This document shows, one piece after another, positions 39,191 to 52,378 of a stretch of 64,000 bases of DNA (its first letter is position 1; every line of letters starts with the position of its first letter). The position numbers were made by a program, and so were the translations under genes. Below the pieces are notes generated by a model that did not search any database, was not told the origin of the DNA, and saw only the letters and a list, made by a program, of their open reading frames with translations. Origin of the DNA: Tubulanus polymorphus (taxonomy: Eukaryota > Animalia > Nemertea); NCBI RefSeq assembly GCF_964204645.1, contig NC_134030.1, forward strand, positions 15,872,110-15,936,109, read 5' to 3'.

Positions 39191-40313
39191 TTATAAAACG
39201 TTACCATTATGAAACCTAAACAATGATAACCATTCAGCGTCATTTTACAAACGACAACCGTAAATCGATGTGCAAAACGTCACAGGTTTATGTGTACACA
39301 TACAAGCTATTTGGCAAAATATTATTGATAAAGATGTAGAATGGCTCCCTGGGATTATATAATGACCTCTATTTGAACGTTGAAATGTTATATCGCATTG
39401 AATATCATGAGAAGACGTATTGTAATAGTAAAGGATGTATGATTATATCAGGGGCGGCAGGGATAAATAGAAATGATAAGTAAATCGGATTATTCGGTTA
39501 AATGGCGGATGTATACACGATTTGGAAGTCTGATATAAAAGTCAGACCCTGACATGGGGATGCTAGTGGAATGACGAAGCTATCTACGATCTGAGTTGGG
39601 CCGGCGTGAATTTCATCGGCGGCTACAAGCGGTCTATATAAAAACGTGTAAACATATAATTTCAATATTCAAATGTTTTAGAAAATATGTTCGATATTAG
39701 ACGTATGCAGGTTTCATGAGATTAGCAATTTATAATAGCATAGCTGTCATATACGGCTCCGCGTCCACTGATGGCATGTGTATAAGGTGAAAATTAAATT
39801 CAATACTTTATTGATCCTTATTACATTGAAATTCCGGGATAAAATTCCAAAAATCAATACATTTACAAATTTTAAAATAAGAAAATACAAGACACACGGG
39901 TAATCCATACAGAATAACATGAATAAGTTAATTATATGACAATGTCTACTTCTACCCAGACTCAAGTCTAGGATATCAAGTGACAGCCAGACCGGGCCCC
40001 AGGACCGGGCTGGCTGGCTACACGCTATATGCTCAAAGTCATGATGAAGCAGACATCAGAAGAGCTCTTTCTTCAACCATGGAGGCAATGAAGTTGCAGA
40101 CCAGCTTAGAGGCAAAAGTGAATCGAAGTCACAAGTTGACAATTTTTTTTAAAATTAGACCAGTCGAAGACTGTATCATCTACCCAATCGCCAAATCTCA
40201 TAATTCCCGAAATTTCTTAAAACTTCGATTTCAAATTTGCAATTCCACATTAGCTTATACCAGAAATTCTACATTTTTTCGCAGGCGTCAAATAATCTAT
40301 TAAAGTTAATTTT

Positions 40314-40424
40314 CTTGTTGCATCTTCCGCTCTGTCTTAGTGTGCCCTAAGTGCCTGCTGGAGATACCGTCATGAAGGTGTGACAAAACCTTAGGCAGTA
40401 ACACGTAAGGCAGAACAACACGCG
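40314..40424 (-). pseudogene. pol: Isolated N-terminal HH half of the Gypsy integrase zinc-binding domain
   Basis: RVVLPYVLLPKVLSHLHDGISSRHLGHTKTERKMQQ lies between two foreign inserts. Confidence 0.8.
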
Positions 40425-41094
40425 ATTTCGAAAGTTTGGATCCAGGAAGAAAGTCACTAAATATTTGGATGGATATATGAAAGCTGTGGGTACTGGAGTG
40501 TGTAATGGGTAGTGTAGTGTGATCTGTGTGCATTTGTGGCCAGCACACAGATCACATTGTTCATTGGGGTTTAGTCCAGGACTCGCGAGATTTTCAACAA
40601 CACGGAAGTAACGTGTAATAAATGATTACTTGAATTGCATGACTACCTACCACCCCTCATTATTGTTGGAAAAGTAAACGTTCCGCACTGACTAAACATT
40701 AGTAATAATAATTTATAACATTTTAGAAATGGCCAGAATTTTAACTTAGGTTCTATCTCATTTTTATTTTACAATTGCGATTGGTATAATTTTTTTTAAA
40801 CGGCCGTTAAGGCTTCATGTTTCGTCTGCAATTCACTGCAAATCGTTACGCAACTACGCACATTTCAGTGTTTTTGGCAGCTGTACACTCAATCGGGACC
40901 GTCCGTGACAAGCTTCACTGCGGAATTATCATTAATTAACATCGCCATATCACATCATCAACTTATATTGTGCCTTAAAACCCTAACAGCCGAAATAATT
41001 GAAATGCACACACGATTTCTATCATTGAAAATTGAGAGAGTGGCCGTGTTTGTGTTCTGTTGCTTCGCGTAAATCCCGCGCGGTGGCGCAACCG

Positions 41095-42833
41095 CGCGGA
41101 GTGGGGCCGATACGTCCAGGGGAGGGTCTCAAAAATAAAACGCCTTTGTCAATCACTAGGCGCTCATATTCACCAAGAAACATTCTGGTTTTTGTGCTAA
41201 ATTGGCGCGTCACATCGGCACTAGGTTTAATCTGTTGTCGATGGACCAAGTCCTTGACTACAGATATGTCGGCGTCCTCGTCCTGTAACCGGTCTATGTC
41301 CACTGTCGACAAGCCTGCATGATCACTACCCACACCCACCGCCGAAACCTGACATTTTGGGGCGCCGGTCTGACCACAGCTAGGGCAGTCTCCATGACGC
41401 TTCAGTCGTTTAGGGATGCGGGACAGCGCATCCGCATTTAGGTGGATAAGTCCGGGCCGGTGCTCGATATCAAAGTCATAGTCGGCCAATCGTTCATTCC
41501 AGCGGGCAACTTGTCCAGACTGAATGTTTGAAGACCGGAGCCATTTAAGTGCTGCATGGTCAGTGCGCACCAAGAATTTCAGGCCCAACAGGTAATGCCG
41601 GAAGTGCTCGATCATATCGACTAGGGCAAGCATCTCTCGCCTGGTGGCACAGTAAATCTCTTCACCACCCCGTAGTGTGCGACCAGCATATGCGATCACC
41701 CGTTCGGACGAGTCTGCCTGCACCTGTGAAAGTACAGCACCAATTGCCCAGTCACTTGCGTCACAGTCGATAATAAATTTGCCTGCACCTGACTCGAAAT
41801 CAGAGAAAGCCAAAACGGGAGGACTAGTAAGCGCCATTTTTATGGCGTCAAATGCTCGCTGTTGCTCTATCCCCCATACAAAGACATGGCCCTTTTTAGT
41901 AAGTTGGCGTAGGGGACGACACATTTGGGAATACCCCTCAATAAACATTGAATAATAGGTCACTAACCCTGTGAAACTGCGGACCTCTGAAACTGTGGTT
42001 GGAACAGGCCAGTTCATAATTTTCTCAACTTTGGACGGGTCAGCCTCCATACCATTCCCACTAACAATATGGCCCAAAAACTTCAACCGTCTCCGCAGTA
42101 GGTGACATTTTCTGGGTTTGAGTTTAAGGTTTGCAGACCACAAACGTGAGAACACCTCAGCGAGTTTACCAATGTGTGACTCAACGTCAGCTGAGTGAAC
42201 CATGACATCGTCGAGATATATTAATGCCGTTTTCCACGAAACCTTATCCAGGGCCATAGTCATAAGCCGTGAAAAACAGGCAGGGGCATTAGTCAGGCCA
42301 AACGCCATGACGTTCCACACCCACAATCGATTCTCCGTGCAGAACGCTGTCTTTGGTTTATCTCTCTCCCGTATGGGCACCTGATGGTACCCACTTGTGA
42401 GGTCAAGAGAGGAGAACCATGACGACCCGTACAGAGCTTCAAGTGTGGAGTCAGTTCGCCCAAGCGGATGGCTATCCTTTATCGTAGCGTCATTTAACTT
42501 CCGATAATCACAACACAGCCTAAGGCTACCATCGGACTTCTTGGCCAAGACAATGGGGCTAGCCCAGGGAGATTGTTATGGTCGGATGAGGCCGTGACTG
42601 TGCAATTCAGCAGTATGACCGTCCACAAACTGTCTATGACCCGGTGGTAAACGCCGCGGTTGTTTGATGGCGCGATGGTCACTCGTATCTATTTCAAATT
42701 CGACTAACGTGGTCCTCCCGATGTCAAAGTCGTCGCGGGAAAACACATCCTGGTAATCAGCGACAACCTTCTTAAAGGCCTCGCGATCACTGTCCGGAAT
42801 GTCAATGGCATCGAGCTGCAGCTCCTTAAACAA
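41095..42833 (-). pseudogene. pol: Gypsy reverse transcriptase / RNase H
   Basis: LRLCCDYRKLN, LDLTSGYHQV, FGLTNAPACF, YLDD, DCDASDWAIGAVL, TDHAAL, ADALSR; stop codon near 42576. Confidence 0.95.
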
Positions 42834-42838
42834 CGAGT

Positions 42839-43522
42839 TTAGGTCCTCACTATTGGTAGGGATTTCAGAGACATCTGGTCTCTTATCCTGAGTAGTGAGG
42901 AACGGACAGTCACCTTGTTATCGTTTGGGCTAACCAGGGTTCTACCAATACCGAATGGACCCGGGGCTCTACCACAAACCATCCCGACGGAATTGTTGTT
43001 GTGGGTGTATCTCTGCCTAAAATAAGCAGTAGCTACAATTTTGTGTCCGGCTGGGATCATGCGAGTCTCGGTCAGGAATAGGCGGCACGCACTTTGTCGG
43101 GAATCCCTGTGTTCCAATGGTATGTCAGACAGGCCACAGCTCATGACTCTATTTGGGTAATCAGTCACGCAGTTGTTGTCGCGGAAGAAATCACCACCAA
43201 GGAGACAATCCTGTGACAAATCATCTGCAACCACCATTGGAACCATAAAACTACAATCCCCCAAACTAAGGCGAGCATCGACCGAACCCCTAACCTTAAT
43301 GTCCTGCCCGGTAGCCGTAACCAACTCAAAATCAATTGGTTTCAGGCACCCCATTTCACCCCCATTACTCGCCACCCAGACAGAAGTCTTGAGCATAGTC
43401 ACACCAGCGCCGGTGTCGAGAAGCGCAGAGATTCTTCCTACACTATTGGCTATAGCAGAACAATAGAGGCCAGTGTCACGAATATCTACATTCAGCACAC
43501 TTCTAAATAATGGGGTGGTCAC
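42839..43522 (-). pseudogene. pol: Gypsy aspartic protease region
   Basis: LLDTGAGVT catalytic motif and CLLGGDFF. Confidence 0.9.
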
Positions 43523-43737
43523 TGTTTGCTGTCTGCTTCGGAGTTCGGGGTGTACTCTGAAGAGGAGCTTTGACCGTTAGGTGTGCTCTTCCCGAGTTGT
43601 AAACCACTTGAGTCCGGGCATGTCGTATTCATAATGATTTTCATTCGTACTTTATACAGGGGTATATACAACATTTATACAGGTATCTAATTGTCTACAG
43701 TGTGGAGGAATGTATTTCGGGACTTGAGGCCGATGGT

Positions 43738-44726
43738 TTAAAAGCGCTTGCCTCTGCCCCTCAAGGAACGCGTCTGCCCGTTTCCCTGACTATAAGGACA
43801 GTTCCTAGCATAATGTCCGGGCTCAGTACACGAGTGGCATATCACCGTAGGACATGCACTAGCCGGGTGGTCTGGCACCCGACAGCGCCAACAGATGTCA
43901 GCCGCTGGATTTCTGGGAGGTTCCGGATTCATGGAAGGCCTTGTCTGACCTCGACGCTCGAGATTTTCGATGCGGAGGTTTAAACTCTGGACCTGTTTAG
44001 CCAGTTCCGAAAGCAGCTCGGTCTCGATGGGCTTTGGCTGGGCTTCATTTACCATCGCACGTTTCCCCCTCGACTCCTGCTTTTCGGCTATACGCCTAGC
44101 CGATTCAAAACCTCTAGCCAGGGACACAGCTCTGACAAGGTTTTCGGCTGAGAAACGTACAACTGTTCCCTAGCTGTTAATGGCAAATTAACTCCAGTCA
44201 AAAACTGATCACGAGCCAGCTCGTCTTGTAGGGTATGTCCAGCGTCTGGATAGGCGTTTTGGGCTAGCTCCATAAGTGCGTCGGCGAAACGTCCGAGGTT
44301 TTCGGGCTGTTTTTGCTCGCGTGCCTTTAGCTTGAGTTTGTAATCGCCGGGCGATTTAGTTAGGGACATACGGTCTTTAATGGATGCCAAGAACTCATCA
44401 TAGGTCAGTTTGTCCGACAAGTGAAGATTTTTGATGGCCAGATATGACTTATGGTCCATATACATTAAGAGATGATCCTTCTGTACTGAAGAAGGATCAG
44501 TTATCCCCATGAGGTCACAGTAACTATCAAATCTCTCCAGCCATACTTTAAAATTGTGACCAGCGCTGTAGGTTTTAGTGTGGTCTCTGGGTTTGGCTGG
44601 CTCAGAGGGTGATTCTGACTTAGTGTTTTTAATTTTATGTTCCACGAACTGTGTCACAGACATGAGGAACTGGTTAACATCGAGATGACTAGCATCTTGT
44701 TCGGAATGTTCCCCAGGCATCGACAT
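43738..44726 (-). pseudogene. gag: Gypsy gag, frameshifted near 44125
   Basis: WLERFDSYC and LARDQFLTG capsid-like motifs; two CCHC knuckles CWRCRVPDHPASAC and CHSCTEPGHYARNC. Confidence 0.9.
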
Positions 44727-45059
44727 TATAAATACGAGTCAGTTAATTCAATACAGTCCAATATAATAGAAAAGGTGAACAAAAGTTTTTCGTATACTGG
44801 TCTGTGTCTCGCTCTCAGTCTCCCCAGCAATAATAAAATAATATGCAAATAATAATAATTTTTCCCCAAATTTTCTCTCAGTACCAATTCTGATTAAATA
44901 ATGAATATGACAAGTTAACGGTTTTAACTGCTATGAGTGTCCGTTATAAGTCTTTCAAGTATTTTCTACTAATAATGGTAAGCGTGGTTCGCTCAGACTA
45001 GGTTCCCAAGGTGGAGCCGCATTAAAAGACCATAAAATACACGACAATCGACATAAAAT

Positions 45060-45077
45060 CCCACTTCGCTGCCACCA
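45060..45077 (-). promoter_or_regulatory. Primer-binding site, tRNA-Leu type
   Basis: TGGTGGCAGCGAAGTGGG 1 nt after the 5' LTR. Confidence 0.8.
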
Positions 45078-45078
45078 G

Positions 45079-45310
45079 TGTAACAATTGTCGTCTTGGAG
45101 TATTCTAATGGTAATAAAAGGGGTAATCGCCGCTGTAGTAGGGGACAATCCGAGTCTTAAACCGGGACAAAAGGATAACACACGACTCACCAAGACAAAG
45201 GATTGTTTTCAAGAGAGCGATAGGTATGCCATCTATCGTTAACATTTATTAATACAAATACAAATACGCTACATTACAATACAATTACAGGCGGGAGTCA
45301 CACCGTTACA
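45079..45310 (-). repeat. 5' LTR (232 bp)
   Basis: Direct repeat of 36966-37191, adjacent to the PBS. Confidence 0.95.
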
Positions 45311-46134
45311 ATTCTTTATGTACTAGAACTACAAAGGAGATAAAGACATAGAGGGGTAAAATATTCATATATGAACATTTTTATATATGTTAATGAAATC
45401 AATTTTAATTAAAAAAATATGTATAACTAGAGGACCAAAGGTCCTGAGGCTCGAAATATGAGAAGAAGTGATGTCTGGGTTTCCAACATACAGGCGGAGG
45501 GCGGTGGGGAACGTGACACAAAAATCCTTAAAATTAAGTTGTAGTGTTCTAGCTTGCCACAGAGTGGCAGCACCTCCTAGTCAACATTTTAGAGTGAGAA
45601 TTAAGCGGGCACTCCATTCAAGAAGGCTGTCCACAGGGATCATCGGACCACTTCCGGTTTACTTCCGAGTAGCGATTTTTCACTTGAAATATCGATTTTA
45701 AGCTGTTAATGTTGTCTGATCAATAAAAAAACCTTTCTTAAACGATAAACAAAATAGCATCCTAATGTCTCATTCAATTCAGTTTCTCGAAAATTGAAAT
45801 TTTTTGAAAATAATGGGTTAGAGCACTCTTAAACAAAACTATAACAATACGTCTTCTCATGATATTCAATGCAATATAACATTTCGACGTTCAAATAGAG
45901 GTCATTATATAATCACAGGGAGCCATTCTACATCTTTATCAATAGGATTTTGCCAATTGGCTTGTATGTGTACCAAAAACCTGTGACGTTTTGCACATCG
46001 ATTTACGGTTGTCGTTTGTAAAATGACGCTGAATGGTTAACATTGTTTAGGTTTCATAATGGTAACGTTTTATAAGGCGTCAAAAAATTGAAATGCAAAA
46101 GTACGGCCATTGGCTGTGGACAATATATATTTGT

Positions 46135-46553
46135 TCTGGTAATATCTAGTCACATTAACAACAATGTGACAAGTCGTTAAGAAGAACATCTGAGAATCTG
46201 AATTAGATACAGTTCAATGAGGAAACAAATTACCATCAGCAGCTAAAAGATCGCAAGCACCTTTGGACACTTAATAAAATATTCTACTACACATCATAAT
46301 ATATATGCTCTTTCTAGGATTATCGTGATATGGTAAAGTTAACAAAAAGCACTTAAGTGAAAAATGCTAGATTTACTAGATTTATAATATCTGGTAATAT
46401 CTAGTCACAATAACAACAATGTGACAAGTCGTTAAGAAGAACATCTGAGAATCTGAATCAGATACAGTACAATGAGGAAACAAATTACCAACAGCAGCTA
46501 AAAGATCGCAAGCAGCTTTGGACACTTAATAAAATATTCTAATACACAACATA
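46135..46553. repeat. Direct duplication of ~165 bp
   Basis: 46135-46298 is similar to 46390-46553. Confidence 0.85.
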
Positions 46554-47121
46554 CATTGCTTGATGATAATATATAACTCAATATGTAAAATGGGACTGCT
46601 GACATTACAATGAGCCTCTTTCTGGGCTTTGTTGCAAAATAGTATATGTCTAGTTCAAATTTTAACAAGGTTTACAGTATTATGGAGAATGTATATGCAG
46701 AACTGAAACTTTAATCATTGATTTTACATCTGATAATCCAGATTACGGTCATGATTTGAAGTTAATTTTTAATAACAAGGTCACTCGTAATAAGTAATCA
46801 TTAAAGATCATTATTCATCTATTGGAAGCTTAGTCCATTGGATTGCGATTTTTAACCTTTAGCCTTCCATCTTGGATCTCGCCAGTCACATACACTGGTA
46901 GAACACTTATTATGTCAGCATAGCTGATTTCTGTTTCAGAAGCAAATAAAGCTGCTAATAGGTCAGCAGTGGTGATGTCGCATTCGACAGAGTTTGGTGA
47001 TTCAATCATTACTTTTATCATCACAGGAAACGGGTTCTTTTCTTCAGTAATGATTGCTTCAATCGAATAATTAGTATATTCCTCTGTTGAAGACAGTTTC
47101 TGAAAAAGTAACAAAAATATC

Positions 47122-47228
<107 letters not shown>

Positions 47229-47658
47229 GACGTCGTTGTCATCATCGTCATCATATGAACAGATTTAGCATCCTAGGCAATCCTCAATTAAATTTGTATG
47301 TAGATTCTCAACAATTCAGATTAAATCATTTCTGCATTATTAAGACCGGAAGAGATGTAAGCACAACGTACCACTACAGCTGACAGGTCGCTAGTGATGA
47401 CAATGATTTGTTATAATCACTATAACTGACAGTAACATCTTTCAGAAGCACAGAATCACCGGTTCGGTCACTTGCAGCTGACGCATCGCTCCACAATGAG
47501 CATTTAGCAGACATAGTATCATCTTTAATAGTTATCTCTCTGACCGCACCGTCTTTGACTCGAACCTCTTTGGGCGCTTGATCCTGAAAATAAATGAACT
47601 AGAGAAAAATTCATAGTGAACAAAATCTTGGTACAAATGATGCCATTAGTAACTTGAT

Positions 47659-48490
47659 AACAAGAGCCCCAAGGAGCACTATGGCCAGCCTTTAATAATT
47701 GCCTTTAATAAATGATGTAATCTGTGAGTTATATTGGTTGAAATACACTCCCTGCTCAATATCATTTACACAGTACAATTGTGTGATAATACAGACATAT
47801 GCCTCAGATCAATGAACGAATGCCTCAGATCAATCTTTTCCCTTCGTCGTTTTGATTTGAATGCGGTATAAAATTGAAATAAAAATGGAATTTGATATTT
47901 GTGTTGAATAAATTGAATTGGATTTGACATTTTTTCGCAGAATAAAGTTTGATTGAATTTGCGATTCGAGCACATGGCTAATCAGCATATCAAGGTCATC
48001 CATTTTGAGAAAAGCTATTTTCCCGAACCCTGCGCAATTGTCAAGGATAACTTTTTTGTAGCGAAAATTAAAATTACTCCCAACAACCATATCAACTACT
48101 AGAGTTCATAGAAATCAATCGATCTTGAAATACAATTTTAAATGTTAAAATAAAACCCGGAAGTAAAACAGTAGACGATACCGCGGGTTCACGTGAACAC
48201 AGGCTGATTTCTGTGGGTAAGACAATATGAATCATAGAGGATCGAGGTTTTGCTCTCAGATTGGTTTTTTAAACTGTTGCGTTCTGTTTTGCGAAAAACC
48301 TTTTGTAACATTTAATGAGGCTTTTTTTTACAAAATTCGGCTTCCTAGGAATTGGAGAATGGATAACACTTGAATGCATGATTTGTATGAATATATACTT
48401 AGTTGCACAGTGAAAAAGCCTTTTCGGAAACCATGTACTTTAAATTTGCTCCATTTGTATAAGAATAGGCCCAGCCTATGGCTGGCCTAA
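47659..48490 (-). mobile_element. Apparently complete HINE-like R4 element in an intron
   Basis: On the - strand it starts GGCCAGCC and ends GGCTGGCC, hairpin GCTCCTTGGGGC, CTTGTT; similar to 1-416 and 8780-9170. Confidence 0.7.
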
Positions 48491-48628
48491 TAATAATTCA
48501 AAACTCTTTAATGGTGGGTAGATGTTCTAACTAAAACAAAATTATTAAAAGTGAAACAAGTTATACATTGCATCAACCTCTGAAGGCACAGTTGCAAAAT
48601 TACCTTCACCTCAGGTAATTACATTTAT

Positions 48629-50948
48629 AAGCATATACTCATTCTATGTAAATAAATCAAAAATCCATGACTCCAAAATCTGTTAGATTGATGGGAAGTA
48701 CATGACAGTAAGCTTAGTACATGACAGCAAGCTTACACAAGTACTGCGATTTACAGAATCAAATTTTTGGTATGTCCGTGGAAAGCCAACAGAAATAGAT
48801 TAAAAATATAGAATATATAGTGTAGATTAAAATAAACTTACAGAAACGATATGACCTGAGATTGATGCTCTGGTTTTGACTTGTGAACTGTGAACACTGG
48901 CCGTAGGCGAAACTGGAGCAAGCGGTTCATTTAATAGCGCTGATGCAGCTACTGAAGTAAACGGGCATACCACGTCTGAACATCTAAAATAAGTAAGGGC
49001 AAAAAATTAAAAAAATGCATTACTAAATTACATCCTACGACAATGATGCAAAAAATGAGACTTACGTATGTAAACATAGACACTTATTTTTCAATTCAAA
49101 TAATAGAATAACTAGTGGTTTGAAATGCTTTAACGATTTCGTTATTCCACGCCCCCTAGTTAACATATACTGAACCAATAACCTTGAAACTCACCACAAT
49201 CATAGAACAAGACATGAGCTACAATTTTGCAATTGAATATGGAAACAAAATTTGCCTAGGTATGTACCAATATAATACTGAAATAGTGTACAAGTTATTC
49301 TGCTATTCAAAGCCCCGGGTGAGCATTTGTCACCCTGATATAATTTGCATATTTCGTAATCATATAGATCTACAATGTCATATCGAACAGTTCATAACAT
49401 TTCATAGCTCTACTACATATTAATAATAATAATAAATATGGCTGCAAAGCAGCGATAACAGGTTTTCTAGATGCATGTGATCGAAAGGAAAAATTAATTA
49501 CCGGGTATTCGATGGAAAAAATAAAATGAGATGATTTGGATATTATCGGAGCAATCCTTTTTTTTTGGTTGAATGGTCTTACCCCAGTATAGTTCCCCGT
49601 GATTTGGAAATTCTCGGAGCCCTCCTTAATCTACTTACTAAATGACGTCACAAACTGTTATTTCGCCGGTGCTTGTTGTCTAACAATTCAATTCAATTCT
49701 TTTAATAATAATAATAATAATAATATAATATAACTTATGACTATAGTGTCAATATGTGCTTTAAGGTCGTAATCGACATGTGACATTACTCAATATGTTT
49801 TCACAATAATTAGCTATAGTCAGTGCTCATCGATAATTAATTAATGTCTCTCAAACATGTCACCAGGTGTTTGTTTGTGAGTCCTGATGTCTACAACTTG
49901 TCTGACACCTAGTTCTCACATTATACTCATGATTCTGTATATAAAGACTATGTAAAGCTATGATAATCATTCTCATTCCGGGATGCAATAAAGATTGTAC
50001 ATATAAGGTTTAACTGCCTTGTTGTTCCTGATGGATGGAATCCTGTACCGCTGGTGTAAATGCTAGTCACCCAGCCAGCCTGCCGATACAACAACCAGCC
50101 GGTTACAGATGGTGGAGAACCCAAATTTAAGTCCTCGTGACTTACACAAGAACAGATGAAGCTGTTAAACTATTGGTTGTGACTGGAACGTTGACCTCAC
50201 GAGAAGATCGTATTCAACTACACCTGTGACGAGATGGCCGTACTGATCGTGAACATTGCTGCTGTTTCAGTGGATACAATGCATTACGGTAACTTTTTGT
50301 CAGCCGAAGGTAATACAGTTGCTTCTTTGTCTCGAATTAGTGGTCAGATGAACATGATAGAACATTATAGGAATTTGGATATAAGATACTACCGTACGAT
50401 CAAAAAAGTTATCGCCGGTTTAAATAGTATGATTCACGATTCTTTTTTTCTAGGCATCTAGTTCCAATCAGCATAAATCAATTTTAGTTTCATTTCGTAC
50501 TATAAGTATTAGAATACGGAACACTTCTCAGGGGATATGTCTAAGGTTAATTAGTCAAATTCATCTACTTACAGGACAGTGCGTATCTATACTTTTTTCG
50601 CAACAAACTATTTCGACTATACTAAACGTTTAATCGGCAATTTTCATTTTCGTAGGTTCATATTTTTGTTTGTTAGTATAACTAAAACATGAAGATGAAT
50701 TGGTTTTAACTTTTTTGTGGACAAATATATAATCTCAGTTACACCTGGCCACTTATTTTGGATGATGATAATTTTTTCCTTTTGGTTGACAAGGGTAACT
50801 GTATTTGTGTTGTGTCATTGCCTGAACTCTGCTCTAATGTCAAATGTTGCATGTTACTATCATTGTGTCACGAAGTTATTTCCAGTCAGTAATCGAAAGA
50901 GAAATGCGTACTACTTGCAACTTGCATCACCAACTGATCTTCGGGACG
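48629..50948 (+). repeat. Left arm of 2.3 kb inverted duplication
   Basis: Reverse complement of 56163-58491; about 10 substitutions and a few indels seen by eye; mirrored ORFs in the ORF track. Confidence 0.97.
49830..50119 (+). mobile_element. Probable 5' LTR remnant with PBS (left boundary uncertain)
   Basis: TATATAAA (~49938), AATAAA (49987), ends GTTACA at 50107, followed by TGGTGGAGAA (tRNA-Ala-like PBS). Confidence 0.45.
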
Positions 50949-50973
50949 AATTATTAATTTTTTAATTAAATAA

Positions 50974-52362
50974 ATGGTAGATAGTTTTCCAAAAGCTTTC
51001 CAATATAATAAATCAATTAAATATAATATTCCAGCAATAGATTTTAATAAAGATATTACATATAGAAATGAGGTTTTAGATTCATTAACTAATTTAGAAA
51101 TTTATGTTACTGAAACTAATAATTTTAATGCAAAGATGGAAAATATATTTCATGTATATTTAATTAATTTTAAAAAATTGAAAGATGAAAAACAATGGTT
51201 ATTAAAATCTAATATGAAGTATTGGCAGAACCAATTAAATTTTGCTGTTTATTGCGCAACAACAGGATGCGGAATTAGTTGGAATGATCATTTGAATAAT
51301 TCCAAATATAAATTAATTCAAAGTTTATTTAGATTTCATACATACTTTCAAATCAGAATAATATTAAATGAATTAGAGTGCGCTTTACCAGGATCTAGGT
51401 ATTTTAAAGAATTAGATAATAATATTAATTTATCAAAGTTTTATAAAATTTGTAATGAATTTAATATAGATATAAATAATTCTGATTTTAGAACAAAAAT
51501 TGGAACAATAAGATCACTTCCTTGCCCTAGAAAGATTGCAGAATATTGTGCACTTCCCATACCATCTAATAGTTTTTATAATATCTATAGTAATAAATTA
51601 GGTTATGGTAAAATAGAAACTAAGGATTTAGAAACATTAAATTTCAATAAATTACCGACATTTTATGATAATTTAAAACAAGAAAACAATAATGGTTGGG
51701 TTTATTTCATTTTAGAAAATAATGAAGCTTTTACAAAATCAGGTATACAAAGAATAAATCAATCTATTAGAACTTATTTGATATGTATTTTAGGTGCGCA
51801 AGTTGAAACAAGATCCCCAATAATTGGAAATTTAAATACATCATTTGATACACAGAAACAATTCAAAGTATTATTTGAAGATTCTATTCATAATGATATA
51901 AATAGATCGATTCCAGAAAACATTGTAAGATATCAAAATTATTTAGATAAATCACATATTAGATTAAATTATTGTATAGGCCCTAATCTATTAATTATTT
52001 CTAATGATTTAGTATTAAAGATGGGAAATATAATTGGTTTCAATAATCTAATTAAAACTGCAACAATAAATAATTCATTTGGATTGAATGATATAAATAA
52101 AAAGATAATGACTGCTCCAAAATTAATGGAAGGTGAAAAAAATAAAAAACATATTCAATCAACAGAAACTAAAACTAATAATATTAAATTAAATAATGAT
52201 TCTAAAATAAAAGATTACAATACATCAGAAGATATAAAAACTGATAATATTCAACATGAAATAATTAAACTAAATGATGATAATAAATCCCATGAAAATA
52301 CTAAATTAGCTATAACTTGTATAGGAATTGTAATCGGAGGAATATTATATTTTAAATTTTAA
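50974..52362 (+). CDS. Polinton-associated hypothetical protein with C-terminal transmembrane helix (462 aa)
   Basis: Intact ORF with TAAATG start, motif YWQNQLNFAVYCATTGCGIS, hydrophobic tail LAITCIGIVIGGILYF. Confidence 0.8.
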   Translation: MVDSFPKAFQYNKSIKYNIPAIDFNKDITYRNEVLDSLTNLEIYVTETNNFNAKMENIFHVYLINFKKLKDEKQWLLKSNMKYWQNQLNFAVYCATTGCGISWNDHLNNSKYKLIQSLFRFHTYFQIRIILNELECALPGSRYFKELDNNINLSKFYKICNEFNIDINNSDFRTKIGTIRSLPCPRKIAEYCALPIPSNSFYNIYSNKLGYGKIETKDLETLNFNKLPTFYDNLKQENNNGWVYFILENNEAFTKSGIQRINQSIRTYLICILGAQVETRSPIIGNLNTSFDTQKQFKVLFEDSIHNDINRSIPENIVRYQNYLDKSHIRLNYCIGPNLLIISNDLVLKMGNIIGFNNLIKTATINNSFGLNDINKKIMTAPKLMEGEKNKKHIQSTETKTNNIKLNNDSKIKDYNTSEDIKTDNIQHEIIKLNDDNKSHENTKLAITCIGIVIGGILYFKF

Positions 52363-52378
52363 TTTTTTTATTATGTAA

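Larger units (their letters stand above)
36966..45310 (-). mobile_element. Full-length decayed Ty3/Gypsy LTR retrotransposon
   Basis: Two TG...CA LTRs, ATTC TSD (36962-36965 and 45311-45314), PBS, PPT, gag-PR-RT-RH-IN order. Confidence 0.97.

Noticed and set aside
49184-50965. ORFs of 75-82 aa that occur twice (mirrored at 56174-57936)
   Set aside because: They recur only because of the inverted duplication and show no protein features.
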